A stretch of DNA of 64,000 nucleotides from Chitinophaga pinensis (GTDB lineage: Bacteria; Bacteroidota; Bacteroidia; Chitinophagales; UBA10324): the NCBI GenBank assembly GCA_945892775.1, contig CAMDDP010000003.1:9432-73431 (forward strand), written 5' to 3'. The notes beneath the pieces are model-generated. The model was given only the letters and a program-made list of their open reading frames with translations, was not told the origin of the DNA and did not search any database. Below are positions 47,051-57,634 of the stretch, piece by piece (positions within the stretch are counted from its first letter, which is position 1; each line of letters begins with the position of its first letter). The translations under genes were made by a program, and so were the position numbers.

Positions 47051-48853
47051 TCAATTATTTACAGTTTCAACAACAATACTTTTTTTACCGGTTTTGGTAA
47101 TTGCTATTGCCCTAATTTTTTGGTTTGCTGTTAATGCAATTACAATAGATTCAGAATATTTTGTTGAAGCCGAAGTAGGAACAGAACCATCAATGGTATA
47201 ATAGAAATCAGAATTTTGTTTTAACGAACTAATTCCAAGTGTGAATTTGTTTTCTTCAAGAGGCCGAAGTTGAATTTCCGGTTCCGGAACTCTGTAATTT
47301 ATTTTTCTGAATTCCATTAATTCAAATTGATTCTGTATTCGGCCAACAAAATTCCACCATTCTTTATTAGATTTTTGCGACCACACTACTTCTGATAATG
47401 CAATCATTCGCGGAAAAACCATGTACTCAATTTGATCAGTTGTAGATAGATATTCAGTCCATACATTGGCTTGTGCGCCTAAAATATAATTTGCTTGATC
47501 AGGATTCAGTTCAGATGCAATAGGTTCATAATTGTAAACTTTTTCCAATGGAAGAAATCCTCCGATGCACAATGGTTCCATTGAATTCTTCGACTGACAA
47601 TGATCGAAATAACAATAATCTCCAGGTGTCATTACTGCGTAGTTACCATGTTTCGCTGCAGCAATACCACCTTCGGTTCCTCGCCAACTCATGATGGAAG
47701 CATTGGAAGAAACTCCCCCATCTAAAATTTCATCCCAACCAATCATTTTTTTTCCTTTCAAAATCAGATATTTCTCAATGGTATTTATGAAGTATGCTTC
47801 CACCTGCGGATAAGTGGTTAAGCCAAGTTGCTTCATGAGCGCAGGAACCTGCGTACTTTTTTCCCAATGCTCATCGGGCACTTCATCGCCACCGACATGA
47901 ATGTACTCACCAGGAAACAAGGCCATTACTTCATCTAAAATATTTTCATAAAACTGAATGACTTCGGGAGTTGGGCATAACACAACATCACTGACTCCCC
48001 ATTTAGTTAACACATCATAACTCATTCCGTAACATGCTAATTCAGGATAGGCAGCAATAGCGGCTTGTGAGTGACCAGGCATTTCGATTTCAGGAACAAT
48101 GTTTACATGTCGTTGGGAAGCATACTTTACAATTTCTTTAATCTGTTCCTGATTATAAAAACCATCATAAGGAGTTTTATCACCGATGTATGGATCGAAA
48201 TTTTTTGCGACAATAGTTTCTTTCCGACGACTCCCAATTTCAGTAAGTTTAGGGTATTGCTTTATTTCTATGCGCCAACCCTGATCATCAGTAAGGTGCC
48301 AGTGAAAGGTATTCATCTTGTAATACGCCATCATGTCAATATATTTTTTTATAAACTCCACTGAAAAAAGATGACGCGAACAATCAAGGTGCATTCCCCT
48401 CCAACTAAATCTTGGATAATCGTGAATGGTTAAACATGGAATATCAAATTGCATTTTTGATTCTATGGGCATTAATTGCAAAAGTGTTTGTATGCCATAA
48501 AAAATTCCGGCATCGGTGCCAGTAATAACAATGCTGTCAGGGGTAATAGTTAAAAAATATTCGTCGGGTGAAAAGCTTTTTTGTTTTGAAGAGAGTAGCC
48601 GCAACGCAATGTATTTTTTGATATTCGGTTGAATAAGCGGACGAACCAAATAATATTTAGCGAGATACGAGTTCAGATAATTGGCATTTACTGCTTCATC
48701 TTTATCAAAAACAATTTTAATCTGAGGCGAAAAAGAAAATGATCCATCTTGTTGTTCAATGGATACGGGCTGCGGAATGATTGAAAAAGATTGCGCTTTA
48801 TTTTCTATTGGTAAAAAAAGAAAAGCAAACCAAAAAACAAAAATATTTCTCAT
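47051..48853 (-). CDS. beta-N-acetylhexosaminidase (GH20)
   Basis: 'RGMHLDCSRHLF', 'NTFHWHLTDDQGWRIE' and 'HVGGDEV' are GH20 catalytic-domain blocks. Signal peptide present. Confidence 0.9.
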   Translation of the reverse strand: MRNIFVFWFAFLFLPIENKAQSFSIIPQPVSIEQQDGSFSFSPQIKIVFDKDEAVNANYLNSYLAKYYLVRPLIQPNIKKYIALRLLSSKQKSFSPDEYFLTITPDSIVITGTDAGIFYGIQTLLQLMPIESKMQFDIPCLTIHDYPRFSWRGMHLDCSRHLFSVEFIKKYIDMMAYYKMNTFHWHLTDDQGWRIEIKQYPKLTEIGSRRKETIVAKNFDPYIGDKTPYDGFYNQEQIKEIVKYASQRHVNIVPEIEMPGHSQAAIAAYPELACYGMSYDVLTKWGVSDVVLCPTPEVIQFYENILDEVMALFPGEYIHVGGDEVPDEHWEKSTQVPALMKQLGLTTYPQVEAYFINTIEKYLILKGKKMIGWDEILDGGVSSNASIMSWRGTEGGIAAAKHGNYAVMTPGDYCYFDHCQSKNSMEPLCIGGFLPLEKVYNYEPIASELNPDQANYILGAQANVWTEYLSTTDQIEYMVFPRMIALSEVVWSQKSNKEWWNFVGRIQNQFELMEFRKINYRVPEPEIQLRPLEENKFTLGISSLKQNSDFYYTIDGSVPTSASTKYSESIVIALTANQKIRAIAITKTGKKSIVVETVNN

Positions 48854-48926
48854 ACTAAAAATTAAATTAAGTACAATTAAGAAAAATAAAAAACACTAAA
48901 TTTTCACATAAAACTTCTGACGATTG

Positions 48927-50093
48927 CTAATCTTTCTTTTCGTTGCTTTCAGATGGTTGCCCCCCCTCGCTTATTTGTTCAGGAGCTTTTTCCTTTTTTG
49001 CAACAACAGGTGCAACTTCTTTATCAATCATCTTTGCTTTTGTCAACTCCTTTTTCATATTATCAATTTTCCCTTGCAGTTCGTCGTTAGTTTTTTTTAT
49101 GTCACTTATTTTTGTTTCCTTCTCATCAATCCAAACCTGAATTCTGCTTTTATATGCATCGCTTCGAGCGGTATCTCTTTCATCAATTAATTGTGCAACT
49201 TGCTCGGAAGCCTTATCTATTACTTCTTTATTTTTTGTAACCAAATTGTTGAATCGATCATAAGCAGCCTTGGTTTTATTTAACCAATCTTGTTTTTTCT
49301 GTTGAAATTCATCGCGCTTGCGCTTGTTTTCTTCTTTAAATAAATCCTTCTTTTCTTTTATTCTCAAATTTGCCTGCTCCCATAATTCATTCAGTGTCTT
49401 TTTTATTTCTTCTGTTTGCTCGCTGCTCATTTTAAAATCACGAAGACGGCGCTGCATTTCCATTATTGCTTTGGTTGCGTCATACGGATCCCCATTTTTT
49501 GCATGGTCATCAGCTGTCATTATTTCGGCTTTACATAAATTATAATTGACATCCCAAATGTTCTTTTTGCCTATATCTGATTTTTCACGAACCTGTTTCC
49601 ATAAAGTCCAGAGCTCGTCCAAATCATTTAAACCGAGTTTTACTGAAAGCACTATGTCATTCATTTCAGGATAAATTGTTTGAGCATATTTTAAATCAAC
49701 CTTCCCTTCTTTCAGCCAGTCAGAAACCTGTTTCAAAATACTGATACATTCAATATAGTGCTCTTCAATTTTATTTTCAGCATCAATAATCCTTGCTTTT
49801 ACTACTGCTTTTTTTGAATCTATGAATTGTTTTTTTTGTTTGTTTAATTCTTCACGAAATTTTTGAACTCGTAAACTTGAATTGTTAAAGCGGCTTAACA
49901 ACTCCCCTGAATCCTCTTTTTTCAATAATGGATTCAAACCTCTGAAAAGATTGTTGACCGTTTTTACTTTCTCGTGAAAGGTCCTAATGTCTTCTTCCTT
50001 TTGAAGGGGATGACTCTCTAATGTGGCAATTTCATTACGAAGTGCGTCCACATTTTTTTGCAGCATTTCCATTGATTCTTGAACGGTGTTCAT
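48927..50093 (-). CDS. hypothetical cytoplasmic coiled-coil protein
   Basis: 388-aa ATG ORF, Lys/Glu/Gln-rich with heptad-like segments and an acidic/Lys-rich tail. No signal peptide and no recognised family. Confidence 0.5.
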   Translation of the reverse strand: MNTVQESMEMLQKNVDALRNEIATLESHPLQKEEDIRTFHEKVKTVNNLFRGLNPLLKKEDSGELLSRFNNSSLRVQKFREELNKQKKQFIDSKKAVVKARIIDAENKIEEHYIECISILKQVSDWLKEGKVDLKYAQTIYPEMNDIVLSVKLGLNDLDELWTLWKQVREKSDIGKKNIWDVNYNLCKAEIMTADDHAKNGDPYDATKAIMEMQRRLRDFKMSSEQTEEIKKTLNELWEQANLRIKEKKDLFKEENKRKRDEFQQKKQDWLNKTKAAYDRFNNLVTKNKEVIDKASEQVAQLIDERDTARSDAYKSRIQVWIDEKETKISDIKKTNDELQGKIDNMKKELTKAKMIDKEVAPVVAKKEKAPEQISEGGQPSESNEKKD

Positions 50094-50179
50094 GATTGTT
50101 ACAGCAATTTCGTTTACAATAGTTTCGGTAAATGTATTTTATTGAAAGCAGAGATAAAATTTCTTTTTTTATGAAATAT

Positions 50180-50692
50180 TTAAAGTGCTTTCTTCATTAA
50201 AAGATCTGTTGTTATGTCTTCACCAAGTACAAAATCATGCGAACCATAAAAACCAAAACCGAATCGTTTATAAAATTCTATCGCTTGGTAATTTTTTTCC
50301 CATACTCCAAGCCATACAACTTCAAATTTTTCGCCCCTAGCCATATCAAGAACCTGAGACATTAACTGCTGCCCAATTCCTTGTCCTATAAATTCCTCCA
50401 TCACATACATTCTTTGAACTTCGAGTGATTTTAAATTACCAAGTTCCCCCCCATAAGAGTTCCTCTTAATTTTCGCATATGCTATTGAAATTCCTTCCGA
50501 TTGAGCAATCAAGTAAGTAATTTCGGAATCCTGCAATTCAATCTCCAACCTTTCAACAGCAAAAAAATCATTCATATAAGTTTGCATATCCTGTTCTGAA
50601 TTTGTCGACTTCCATTTTTTATAAAATGTATCACAACATAAGTTTCTTAACAAAACAGCGTCTTCTAACGCCCCCATTTTTATCGTAATCAT
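50180..50692 (-). CDS. GNAT family N-acetyltransferase
   Basis: 'RMYVMEEFIGQGIGQQLM' (acetyl-CoA binding Q/RxxGxG/A) and 'AIEFYKRFGF'. Confidence 0.8.
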   Translation of the reverse strand: MITIKMGALEDAVLLRNLCCDTFYKKWKSTNSEQDMQTYMNDFFAVERLEIELQDSEITYLIAQSEGISIAYAKIKRNSYGGELGNLKSLEVQRMYVMEEFIGQGIGQQLMSQVLDMARGEKFEVVWLGVWEKNYQAIEFYKRFGFGFYGSHDFVLGEDITTDLLMKKAL

Positions 50693-50848
50693 ATTAATTT
50701 TCTAATAGACAAATATATTTTACGCCTTTATTTTTTACAAAATATTTGAAAACGAATATATAAAAAATTGAAGAAGTAAGATTTTTCAAGTTTATTGAAA
50801 TTTTCATCTCTAAATACCATTACATTAGCGCCTTAATTTGAATGTGAA

Positions 50849-52972
50849 ATGAATAAATTTTTTGGTGTTTTTCTTTTTGCTTTTTTCATCATTCAAAACA
50901 GCGGTGCTCAAAATATTTCCACTGGAAATGATACCACTATTTGTCAGGGAAGCGGAATGACACTTCATGTTACAATTGATTCTGCTGGCGCTATTACACA
51001 ATTAAATTTGCCCGATGATACATATAGCCTAGTGGTAGACTTAGGGTTTTCCTTTAATTATTATGGCAATGTCTTTACACAGGTATTACTTTCAACCAAT
51101 GTATATATCTATTTTAATATTGGTGAAGCTAGTCAATATTCCGTATGGCCTATCGGAAATGCCATACCTACAACTGCTCCAGGTACACCCCAAAATGCAA
51201 TTATGGGTCCATGGCATGATGTTGATCCGTCAGTCGGTACTACTGGAATTATGAGTTATGCAACTTTTGGTTCTGCACCTAATAGGTACTTTGTTTTTAA
51301 TTTTTGTAATGTTCCTATGTTTTCGTGTAACAACTTATTATTTACAGGTCAAATAATTCTTTACGAAGGAAGTAATATTATCGAAACTCATATTACTGAA
51401 AAAGTAGTTTGTAGTAGCTGGAATGTAGGAGCTGCAATACATGGATTACATGATTCTAATGGTACTTTGGCATCAGTTGTTTTGGGAAGAAATTTCCCAA
51501 CGGTTTGGACAACAACTAATGAAGGCAAACGATTTACCCCTGATGCAATATTTTCAACTTATACAATTGATTCTATTTTGTTTGCTCCTGTACCAATGCT
51601 TGGCAACTTACAGTGGACTGACTTAGCCGGTAATTTTATTAGTAACGATCAGGATGTAACTATTAATCCAACCCAGGCCACAACTTATGTAGTAAGCATG
51701 ACAGATTGTGGTGTTGGATCCGATACAATTACTGTTTTCGTTTCTGAATTTGATACAGTCACTACTTACTTGAATCCACAATGCCCAAATAGTTTTGATG
51801 GATTTATTGAAGCCACATGCACTGGAACAGGTCCTTTTCTTTTTATCTGGAAGAATCAAGCCGGTGTAATTATTCAAACAACTACTTCATCTTCCGGAAA
51901 TGATTCTTTATTAAACTTAGGTCCTGGTACTTATACTATGATTGTTACAGACTCAATTGGGTGTGTAAAACAGCATTCCTTTAGCCTAACAGCTGCAACT
52001 TATAACGCAAATTTTTCATATACTCCAATTATAGCTTGTAAAGGATCCCCTCTAAATTTTAATAATACATCAACAGGAAGTCCAACTTCTTTCAACTGGG
52101 TTTTTGAAGGGGGTGGAAGTTCTAGCCAGGAAAATCCAACTCATACTTTTAATTCAGCCGGAAATTTTAATGTGACTTTTATTGTTTTCTATCCGGGCGG
52201 TTGCAGTGATACTTCTATTCAAACTATTTTGATCCATGAATTAATTAAGGCTGATTTTGATTGGGCACCTCAAAATATTTGTGAAGTTGATACTGTACAA
52301 TTTACTGATAATTCAACCTTATCGCCAATAAGTTGGGCATGGTCTTTTGGAGATGGTTCTTATGGCTCAGGAGCCTCACCCACCCATCAATATACACAGG
52401 GGGATTATATAGTTCAGATGGTAGCATTTGATAGTTTATGCGGTATTGATTCAATTACTAAAAACCTTACTGTTTATTATCAACCTTATCCTGAATTAGG
52501 AAATGATACTTCTGTTTGCAAATATGAATTGCTTTTTATTGATGCTGGATATCCAGGAACAACCTACCAATGGTCAACGGGTGAAACCTCGCAACTAATT
52601 ACACCTCCATTGCAAGATCAGGACACCTATTATACAGTAATTGTAAATAACTTTGGTTGCTTGGGTTATGACACCTTACTTGCTACAATTAATTGTGATG
52701 CGGTCATGCCTTCTGGCTTTTCGCCTAATGGCGATAATGTCAATGATATTTTCAGGCCGCGTGGATTTAGAGTTACACAATATGACATGACAATTTTCAA
52801 CCGATGGGGCGAAATTATTTTTCAAATTAATTCTCCAGATATTGAAGATGGCTGGGATGGAAAATATAATGGTGAAGATGCTGAAATCGGTGTTTATATC
52901 TATTTTATGAATGCTACTTTTATAAATGGAGAGAAAAAATCAATCACTGGAAATGTTACATTGTTAAGATAA
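50849..52972 (+). CDS. large secreted protein: conserved N-terminal domain + PKD-like repeats + T9SS type-B (gliding-motility-associated, CHU_C) C-terminal domain
   Basis: Signal peptide. PKD-like 'FSYTPIIACKGSPLNFNNTSTG...WVFEGGGSS...HTFNSAGNFNVTFIV' occurs twice. C-terminal 'MPSGFSPNGDNVNDIFRPRG...IFNRWGEIIF...WDGKYNG...GVYIYFM'. Confidence 0.75.
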   Translation: MNKFFGVFLFAFFIIQNSGAQNISTGNDTTICQGSGMTLHVTIDSAGAITQLNLPDDTYSLVVDLGFSFNYYGNVFTQVLLSTNVYIYFNIGEASQYSVWPIGNAIPTTAPGTPQNAIMGPWHDVDPSVGTTGIMSYATFGSAPNRYFVFNFCNVPMFSCNNLLFTGQIILYEGSNIIETHITEKVVCSSWNVGAAIHGLHDSNGTLASVVLGRNFPTVWTTTNEGKRFTPDAIFSTYTIDSILFAPVPMLGNLQWTDLAGNFISNDQDVTINPTQATTYVVSMTDCGVGSDTITVFVSEFDTVTTYLNPQCPNSFDGFIEATCTGTGPFLFIWKNQAGVIIQTTTSSSGNDSLLNLGPGTYTMIVTDSIGCVKQHSFSLTAATYNANFSYTPIIACKGSPLNFNNTSTGSPTSFNWVFEGGGSSSQENPTHTFNSAGNFNVTFIVFYPGGCSDTSIQTILIHELIKADFDWAPQNICEVDTVQFTDNSTLSPISWAWSFGDGSYGSGASPTHQYTQGDYIVQMVAFDSLCGIDSITKNLTVYYQPYPELGNDTSVCKYELLFIDAGYPGTTYQWSTGETSQLITPPLQDQDTYYTVIVNNFGCLGYDTLLATINCDAVMPSGFSPNGDNVNDIFRPRGFRVTQYDMTIFNRWGEIIFQINSPDIEDGWDGKYNGEDAEIGVYIYFMNATFINGEKKSITGNVTLLR

Positions 52973-53035
52973 TTAAAAACAATAAAAATTAAAGAGAAAT
53001 TAATTTGTAATTTTATCCTCAATAACACTTAATAA

Positions 53036-55174
53036 ATGAAAAAAACAATAGAATTAATTCTGTTCGTTAGTTCGTTCTTACTGATTAATCAATCAGCTAA
53101 AGCTCAAATTTTTAGTATTGGAAACGATACAACTATTTGCCCCGATGAACCATTGACATTTACATCAACAGTTGGTGGCGTACCATCAGGTGGCATTCAA
53201 TTATTGAATTTGGGTGACGACATATTCAGTGGGGTAATTCCAATTGGGTTTCCATTTAATTTTTATGGAAATATTTACTCCGATGTCATACTTTCAACTA
53301 ATTTTTATATTCAGTTTGATCTTGCTGGTGCAGGAGCTTATTCTCCATGGCCAATTAGTGCTGCAATTCCATCACCAACCAACCCTATGAATTCAATAAT
53401 GGGTCCTTGGGAAGATATTTACCCCCCTGCTGGTGGTGTTATAAAATATGGCATTTGTGGGGTTGCTCCTTTTCGAGTTTTTTTATTTGACATGGACAAT
53501 GTTCCAATGTTTAGCTGTAATGCACTTCTTTTTACTGGTCAAATTCAATTATACGAAACAACAAATGTGATTGAAATTCATTTGACCAATAAACCATTAT
53601 GCCCAGGTTGGAACAGTGGAAGAGCTATTGAGGGGGTTCACAATTCATCTGGAAGTCTGGCTGATTGGGTCCCTGGAAGAAATTTTCCTTCTCAATGGAC
53701 TGCTAATAATGATGGATATAGATTTACTCCAAATGGTGCCACCTATACTGTAGCATCAATTCCATTTGCTGCAATTCCATTAGGAGCAGTTGGTGGAATT
53801 ACTTGGTATAACAGCAATGGTGGAGTAATTGGAAATTCAAACACCCTTTTTGTAAATCCTCCGTCTAGCACATTTTATTCCGCCACATTATTTACTTGTG
53901 CCGGGCAATTTACAGATACCGTTAATGTTACTGTAAACCCTGTTATAGCTGATAGCTCTTTTCAGAACTCAACTTGCTTCAATGTATTTGATGGGTTTTG
54001 TATTGCTGAGGGTTTAAATGCAGGTCCTTATACTTATACCTGGTATGATTCCACTGGTATTGCTGTACAAACACATTTTGGTATAAATGGACCAGATACA
54101 TTAAACTATTTAGGTGCGGGAAATTATTCTGTACACTTAATAAATAGCACTGGTTGTAAACGAATTATCAATTACACTCTTGTAACAAATACTTTTCAGG
54201 CAAATTTTATAATTAATCCAAGTCCAGCCTGCGAGGAATCAATGGTAACTTTCACTAACACAAGTGTTGGAATTCCAATTATATACGACTGGAGTTTTGG
54301 CGATCCTGCAAATCAAGTTTCCATTCTACCAAGCCCATCAATAGCTTTTTATGATACAGGATTTTTTACAATAACTATGATTGTAACTGTCAATGGTGGA
54401 TGTAAAGATACAGCAACACAAGTTTTACAATTATGGCCAGCTCAAGTAGGTGCCTATATAGTAACACCATTAACAGTTTGTGAAAATCAACAATTAACCT
54501 TTAAAGATAGAAGTTATGCCTATCCCGTTTCGTGGGAATGGAGTTTTGGTGATACTTCAGCCAATGGTAATGGAGCAACCGTTCTTCATTCCTATCCTAA
54601 TGCAGGTCAGTATAATGTTTCATTAATCGTTACTGATAGTTTATGTGGAATTGATACTGTGGCCGGAATTATAAATGTAAATGAATATCCGATTACCAAC
54701 ATAGGTAATGATACGGGCGTTTGTAAAGGAACCCAATTAATTTTAGATGCAGGAGTTCCGGGTGTTGTTTATACCTGGTCAACAGGCGCATCCACACAAA
54801 CAATTACTGTATCACCACAACAAGCAACTGAATACAATGTTACTTTAAACAATCACGGTTGCACCTTTAATGACGCTATTGAAATTGCAATTTTATGCGA
54901 GCTATATATACCCAATGCCTTTTCGCCAAATCGAGATGGAGTTAACGACTTATTTATTCCATTTGGAACCGAAGTAACTCATGTTTTTATGCGAGTTTAT
55001 AATCGTTGGGGTCAAATGGTTTACACCGGATCAAGCGACAAATTAGACAAAGGCTGGAATGGATTTTTTGGTGCCGAGGAAGCTCCTATTGGTGTTTATA
55101 CTTATGTTATAAAAGCGACATTTATTAATAATCAAACAAAGGAATACAAAGGAAATGTAACCTTAATCCGCTAA
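53036..55174 (+). CDS. paralogue of the preceding gene (same N-terminal domain, PKD-like repeats, T9SS type-B C-terminal domain)
   Basis: Collinear with 50849-52972 over its full length. C-terminal 'IPNAFSPNRDGVNDLFIPFG...VYNRWGQMVY...WNGFFG...GVYTYVI'. Confidence 0.75.
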   Translation: MKKTIELILFVSSFLLINQSAKAQIFSIGNDTTICPDEPLTFTSTVGGVPSGGIQLLNLGDDIFSGVIPIGFPFNFYGNIYSDVILSTNFYIQFDLAGAGAYSPWPISAAIPSPTNPMNSIMGPWEDIYPPAGGVIKYGICGVAPFRVFLFDMDNVPMFSCNALLFTGQIQLYETTNVIEIHLTNKPLCPGWNSGRAIEGVHNSSGSLADWVPGRNFPSQWTANNDGYRFTPNGATYTVASIPFAAIPLGAVGGITWYNSNGGVIGNSNTLFVNPPSSTFYSATLFTCAGQFTDTVNVTVNPVIADSSFQNSTCFNVFDGFCIAEGLNAGPYTYTWYDSTGIAVQTHFGINGPDTLNYLGAGNYSVHLINSTGCKRIINYTLVTNTFQANFIINPSPACEESMVTFTNTSVGIPIIYDWSFGDPANQVSILPSPSIAFYDTGFFTITMIVTVNGGCKDTATQVLQLWPAQVGAYIVTPLTVCENQQLTFKDRSYAYPVSWEWSFGDTSANGNGATVLHSYPNAGQYNVSLIVTDSLCGIDTVAGIINVNEYPITNIGNDTGVCKGTQLILDAGVPGVVYTWSTGASTQTITVSPQQATEYNVTLNNHGCTFNDAIEIAILCELYIPNAFSPNRDGVNDLFIPFGTEVTHVFMRVYNRWGQMVYTGSSDKLDKGWNGFFGAEEAPIGVYTYVIKATFINNQTKEYKGNVTLIR

Positions 55175-55196
55175 AATATTTTATACTATTTTTATA

Positions 55197-55232
55197 AAAA
55201 AGCCGCCCATCAATAATGTGACGGCTTTTTTA
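55197..55232 (+). terminator. rho-independent terminator
   Basis: Stem aaagccg (55199-55205) / cggcttt (55222-55228) with a T-run. Confidence 0.55.
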
Positions 55233-55306
55233 TTTTCTATTTTTCATTGGATTATCTTAAATTCTTACTTAATTTGTATATCAAATTATACTATATCATA
55301 TAAAAT

Positions 55307-56800
55307 ATGAACAAAAAAATATTTCTATTTATTTTACTACACATTTTCATTTGCTCAAAATCCAGTATGGCACAATATGCTGGCGATTCTATTTTTTCAT
55401 CCGACCAAATACATACTTTATATTTTCAGTTTAATCCATTGAATTGGTGGGATAGCTTAACCGCTACACATACAGGAGACTATTATATTAAAGCAAATGC
55501 AATAATTGATGGCCAAACATTTTACAATGTCGGCGTAAAATTAAAAGGGAATTCTTCCTACAATAATTCAAGTATAAAAAAATCTTTAAAAATTGATTTT
55601 AATAAATTTGATTCTACTCTTGCATGGAATAATTTAAAAAAAATAAATCTGAACAACGGATTTAAAGATCCTACTTTTTTAAGGGAAAAAGTTTGTCTTG
55701 ATTTTTTAAATACACATGGCGCCAACGCTCCGCGATGTACTTATGCAAATGTTTATCTAAACAATCAGCTATGGGGCCTTTATACCTTAGTTGAAGAAAT
55801 AGACAAAACATATTTAAAAGATCATTTTGCAAATAAAGATGGCAATCTTTTCAAAGGTGATCCTCACGGAGACTTAAAATATTTTGGAAACAACTTAAGC
55901 TCTTATTACCCCAAATACGAGTTGCACACTAATGAAACTGTTAATAATTGGAATGACCTATTGAATTTGATAAGTATTTTAAATACGACCCCTACCGCAT
56001 CACTTGAAACTTCATTGGCAAATGTTTTAGAAATGGATTCATGGTACAAAGTGTGGGCATCAAATATTCTATTTGCAAATCTTGATTCGTACCAAGGAAG
56101 TGGTCACAATTATTTTATTTACCACAATACTGCAAATGATAAATTTGAATACATAGCCTGGGATGTGAATGAGGCGTTTGGTAATTTTCAGCAGGGATTA
56201 TCTCTTCAACAAATAAAATCGTTGTCACCTGATTATCTTCCATCACCTTTAGGAAATCGCCCTCTTGAAGAAAAATTACTTGCCATTACAAGTATGAAGT
56301 CCAGTTATTACGACGCTCTTTACCAGATGCTATCAAGTGGGTTTGATACCACAAATCTTTATCCTCTCATTGATAGTTTGGCTGATTGGATTCGTCCATC
56401 AGTATATGCTGATCCAAATAAATTTTTTACGAATGGAAATTTTGAAACCAATATTGATTTTGATCTTGGCAACACGCCTGCATTAAAACCTTTTATTCCA
56501 GCACGAATAAATGCAGTTTTACCAATACTACTTGCCGCTGGGTATTCTCCATTGGGTTCAGCTGATTTGCAAAATATAAATTCTTCCATCCAGATTTTTC
56601 CAAATCCTTCCAATGAAGTTATTTATGTAACAAATTCAGCAAATGATTTTTCAATATTCAGTATTGAAGGGAAAATAATAAAAACCATATCTTCTACTGA
56701 AGAAATTACTGCTGTGAATATTTTAAATTTTAATGCCGGAATTTACATTCTAAAAAGCAGTAATGGAGATATTGTAAAATTTGTAATCACAAAAAACTGA
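55307..56800 (+). CDS. CotH kinase family protein with T9SS C-terminal sorting domain
   Basis: 'VGVKLKGNSSY...KKSLKIDFNKF' and 'YANVYLNNQLWGLYTLVEEIDKTYL' are typical CotH blocks. C-terminal 'IFPNPSNEVIYV...GIYILKSSNGDIVKFVITKN' fits a T9SS CTD. Confidence 0.75.
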   Translation: MNKKIFLFILLHIFICSKSSMAQYAGDSIFSSDQIHTLYFQFNPLNWWDSLTATHTGDYYIKANAIIDGQTFYNVGVKLKGNSSYNNSSIKKSLKIDFNKFDSTLAWNNLKKINLNNGFKDPTFLREKVCLDFLNTHGANAPRCTYANVYLNNQLWGLYTLVEEIDKTYLKDHFANKDGNLFKGDPHGDLKYFGNNLSSYYPKYELHTNETVNNWNDLLNLISILNTTPTASLETSLANVLEMDSWYKVWASNILFANLDSYQGSGHNYFIYHNTANDKFEYIAWDVNEAFGNFQQGLSLQQIKSLSPDYLPSPLGNRPLEEKLLAITSMKSSYYDALYQMLSSGFDTTNLYPLIDSLADWIRPSVYADPNKFFTNGNFETNIDFDLGNTPALKPFIPARINAVLPILLAAGYSPLGSADLQNINSSIQIFPNPSNEVIYVTNSANDFSIFSIEGKIIKTISSTEEITAVNILNFNAGIYILKSSNGDIVKFVITKN

Positions 56801-56828
56801 GAAAATTATTTTCTGGAACAAAATCCAA

Positions 56829-57551
56829 TTAGTCTGATTTATTTTTGAATTCATAATTTATATCTACCCTCTTTTCAGATTCCGAACTAATTTCTGGATC
56901 GATATCTTCTTCAATTAATATTTCTTCTTCGTTCATCCAATCAGGAACTGGATCATCCTGAGGCCCAGATTTTCTGTAATAAACAGCCATTAAGGTTCCA
57001 GTTAAAAATCCGACTAAATGCGCTTCCCAACTCACCCCATTTTCTAATGGGTACATTCCCCAAATCATACTGCCATATAAAAATAAAACGAGCATCGACA
57101 TGGCCAACATATTCCGATTCTTTTTTAACACACCACTGAAGAACGCAAAAAAAGCCAATCCATACACCACACCACTTGCGCCAATGTGATAAACTTCTCT
57201 GCCAATTAGCCATACACCTATTCCATCTAATACCCAAATCAACAGCAACACTTTAAAATAAAACTGGCGGTAGAAATACATAATCAAAACACTTAAAACG
57301 AAAAGTGGAACTGCATTTCCAAAATAATGCCCAGCATCACCATGTATGAGCGGTGAAAAAACAATACCGCGTAAACCCTTGAGAGATCGCGGAAGAATAC
57401 CTAATTCAAAGACCTTTTCATCAATGTCAAATGCCCAAGCAGCAAATTTTAAAAAGCCAAAAACCACCGTAATTAGAAACGCTATATAAATACTGAGTTT
57501 GAGCCGGTCACGATCCTTTTTAATCACCTCGTCAATTTTAACAACCTCCAT
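56829..57551 (-). CDS. rhomboid family intramembrane serine protease
   Basis: Six TM helices. 'HGDAGHYFGN' (HxxxH/N), catalytic 'GASGVVYGL', and a downstream 'AHLVGFLTG' His. Confidence 0.8.
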   Translation of the reverse strand: MEVVKIDEVIKKDRDRLKLSIYIAFLITVVFGFLKFAAWAFDIDEKVFELGILPRSLKGLRGIVFSPLIHGDAGHYFGNAVPLFVLSVLIMYFYRQFYFKVLLLIWVLDGIGVWLIGREVYHIGASGVVYGLAFFAFFSGVLKKNRNMLAMSMLVLFLYGSMIWGMYPLENGVSWEAHLVGFLTGTLMAVYYRKSGPQDDPVPDWMNEEEILIEEDIDPEISSESEKRVDINYEFKNKSD

Positions 57552-57634
57552 AAAAATATTTTATCAGCATCAATTTTCCAAGTTTAAATTTTAAAAGCAT
57601 TTTTATAAAATATAATAGTTATTAAATTCGTGCC

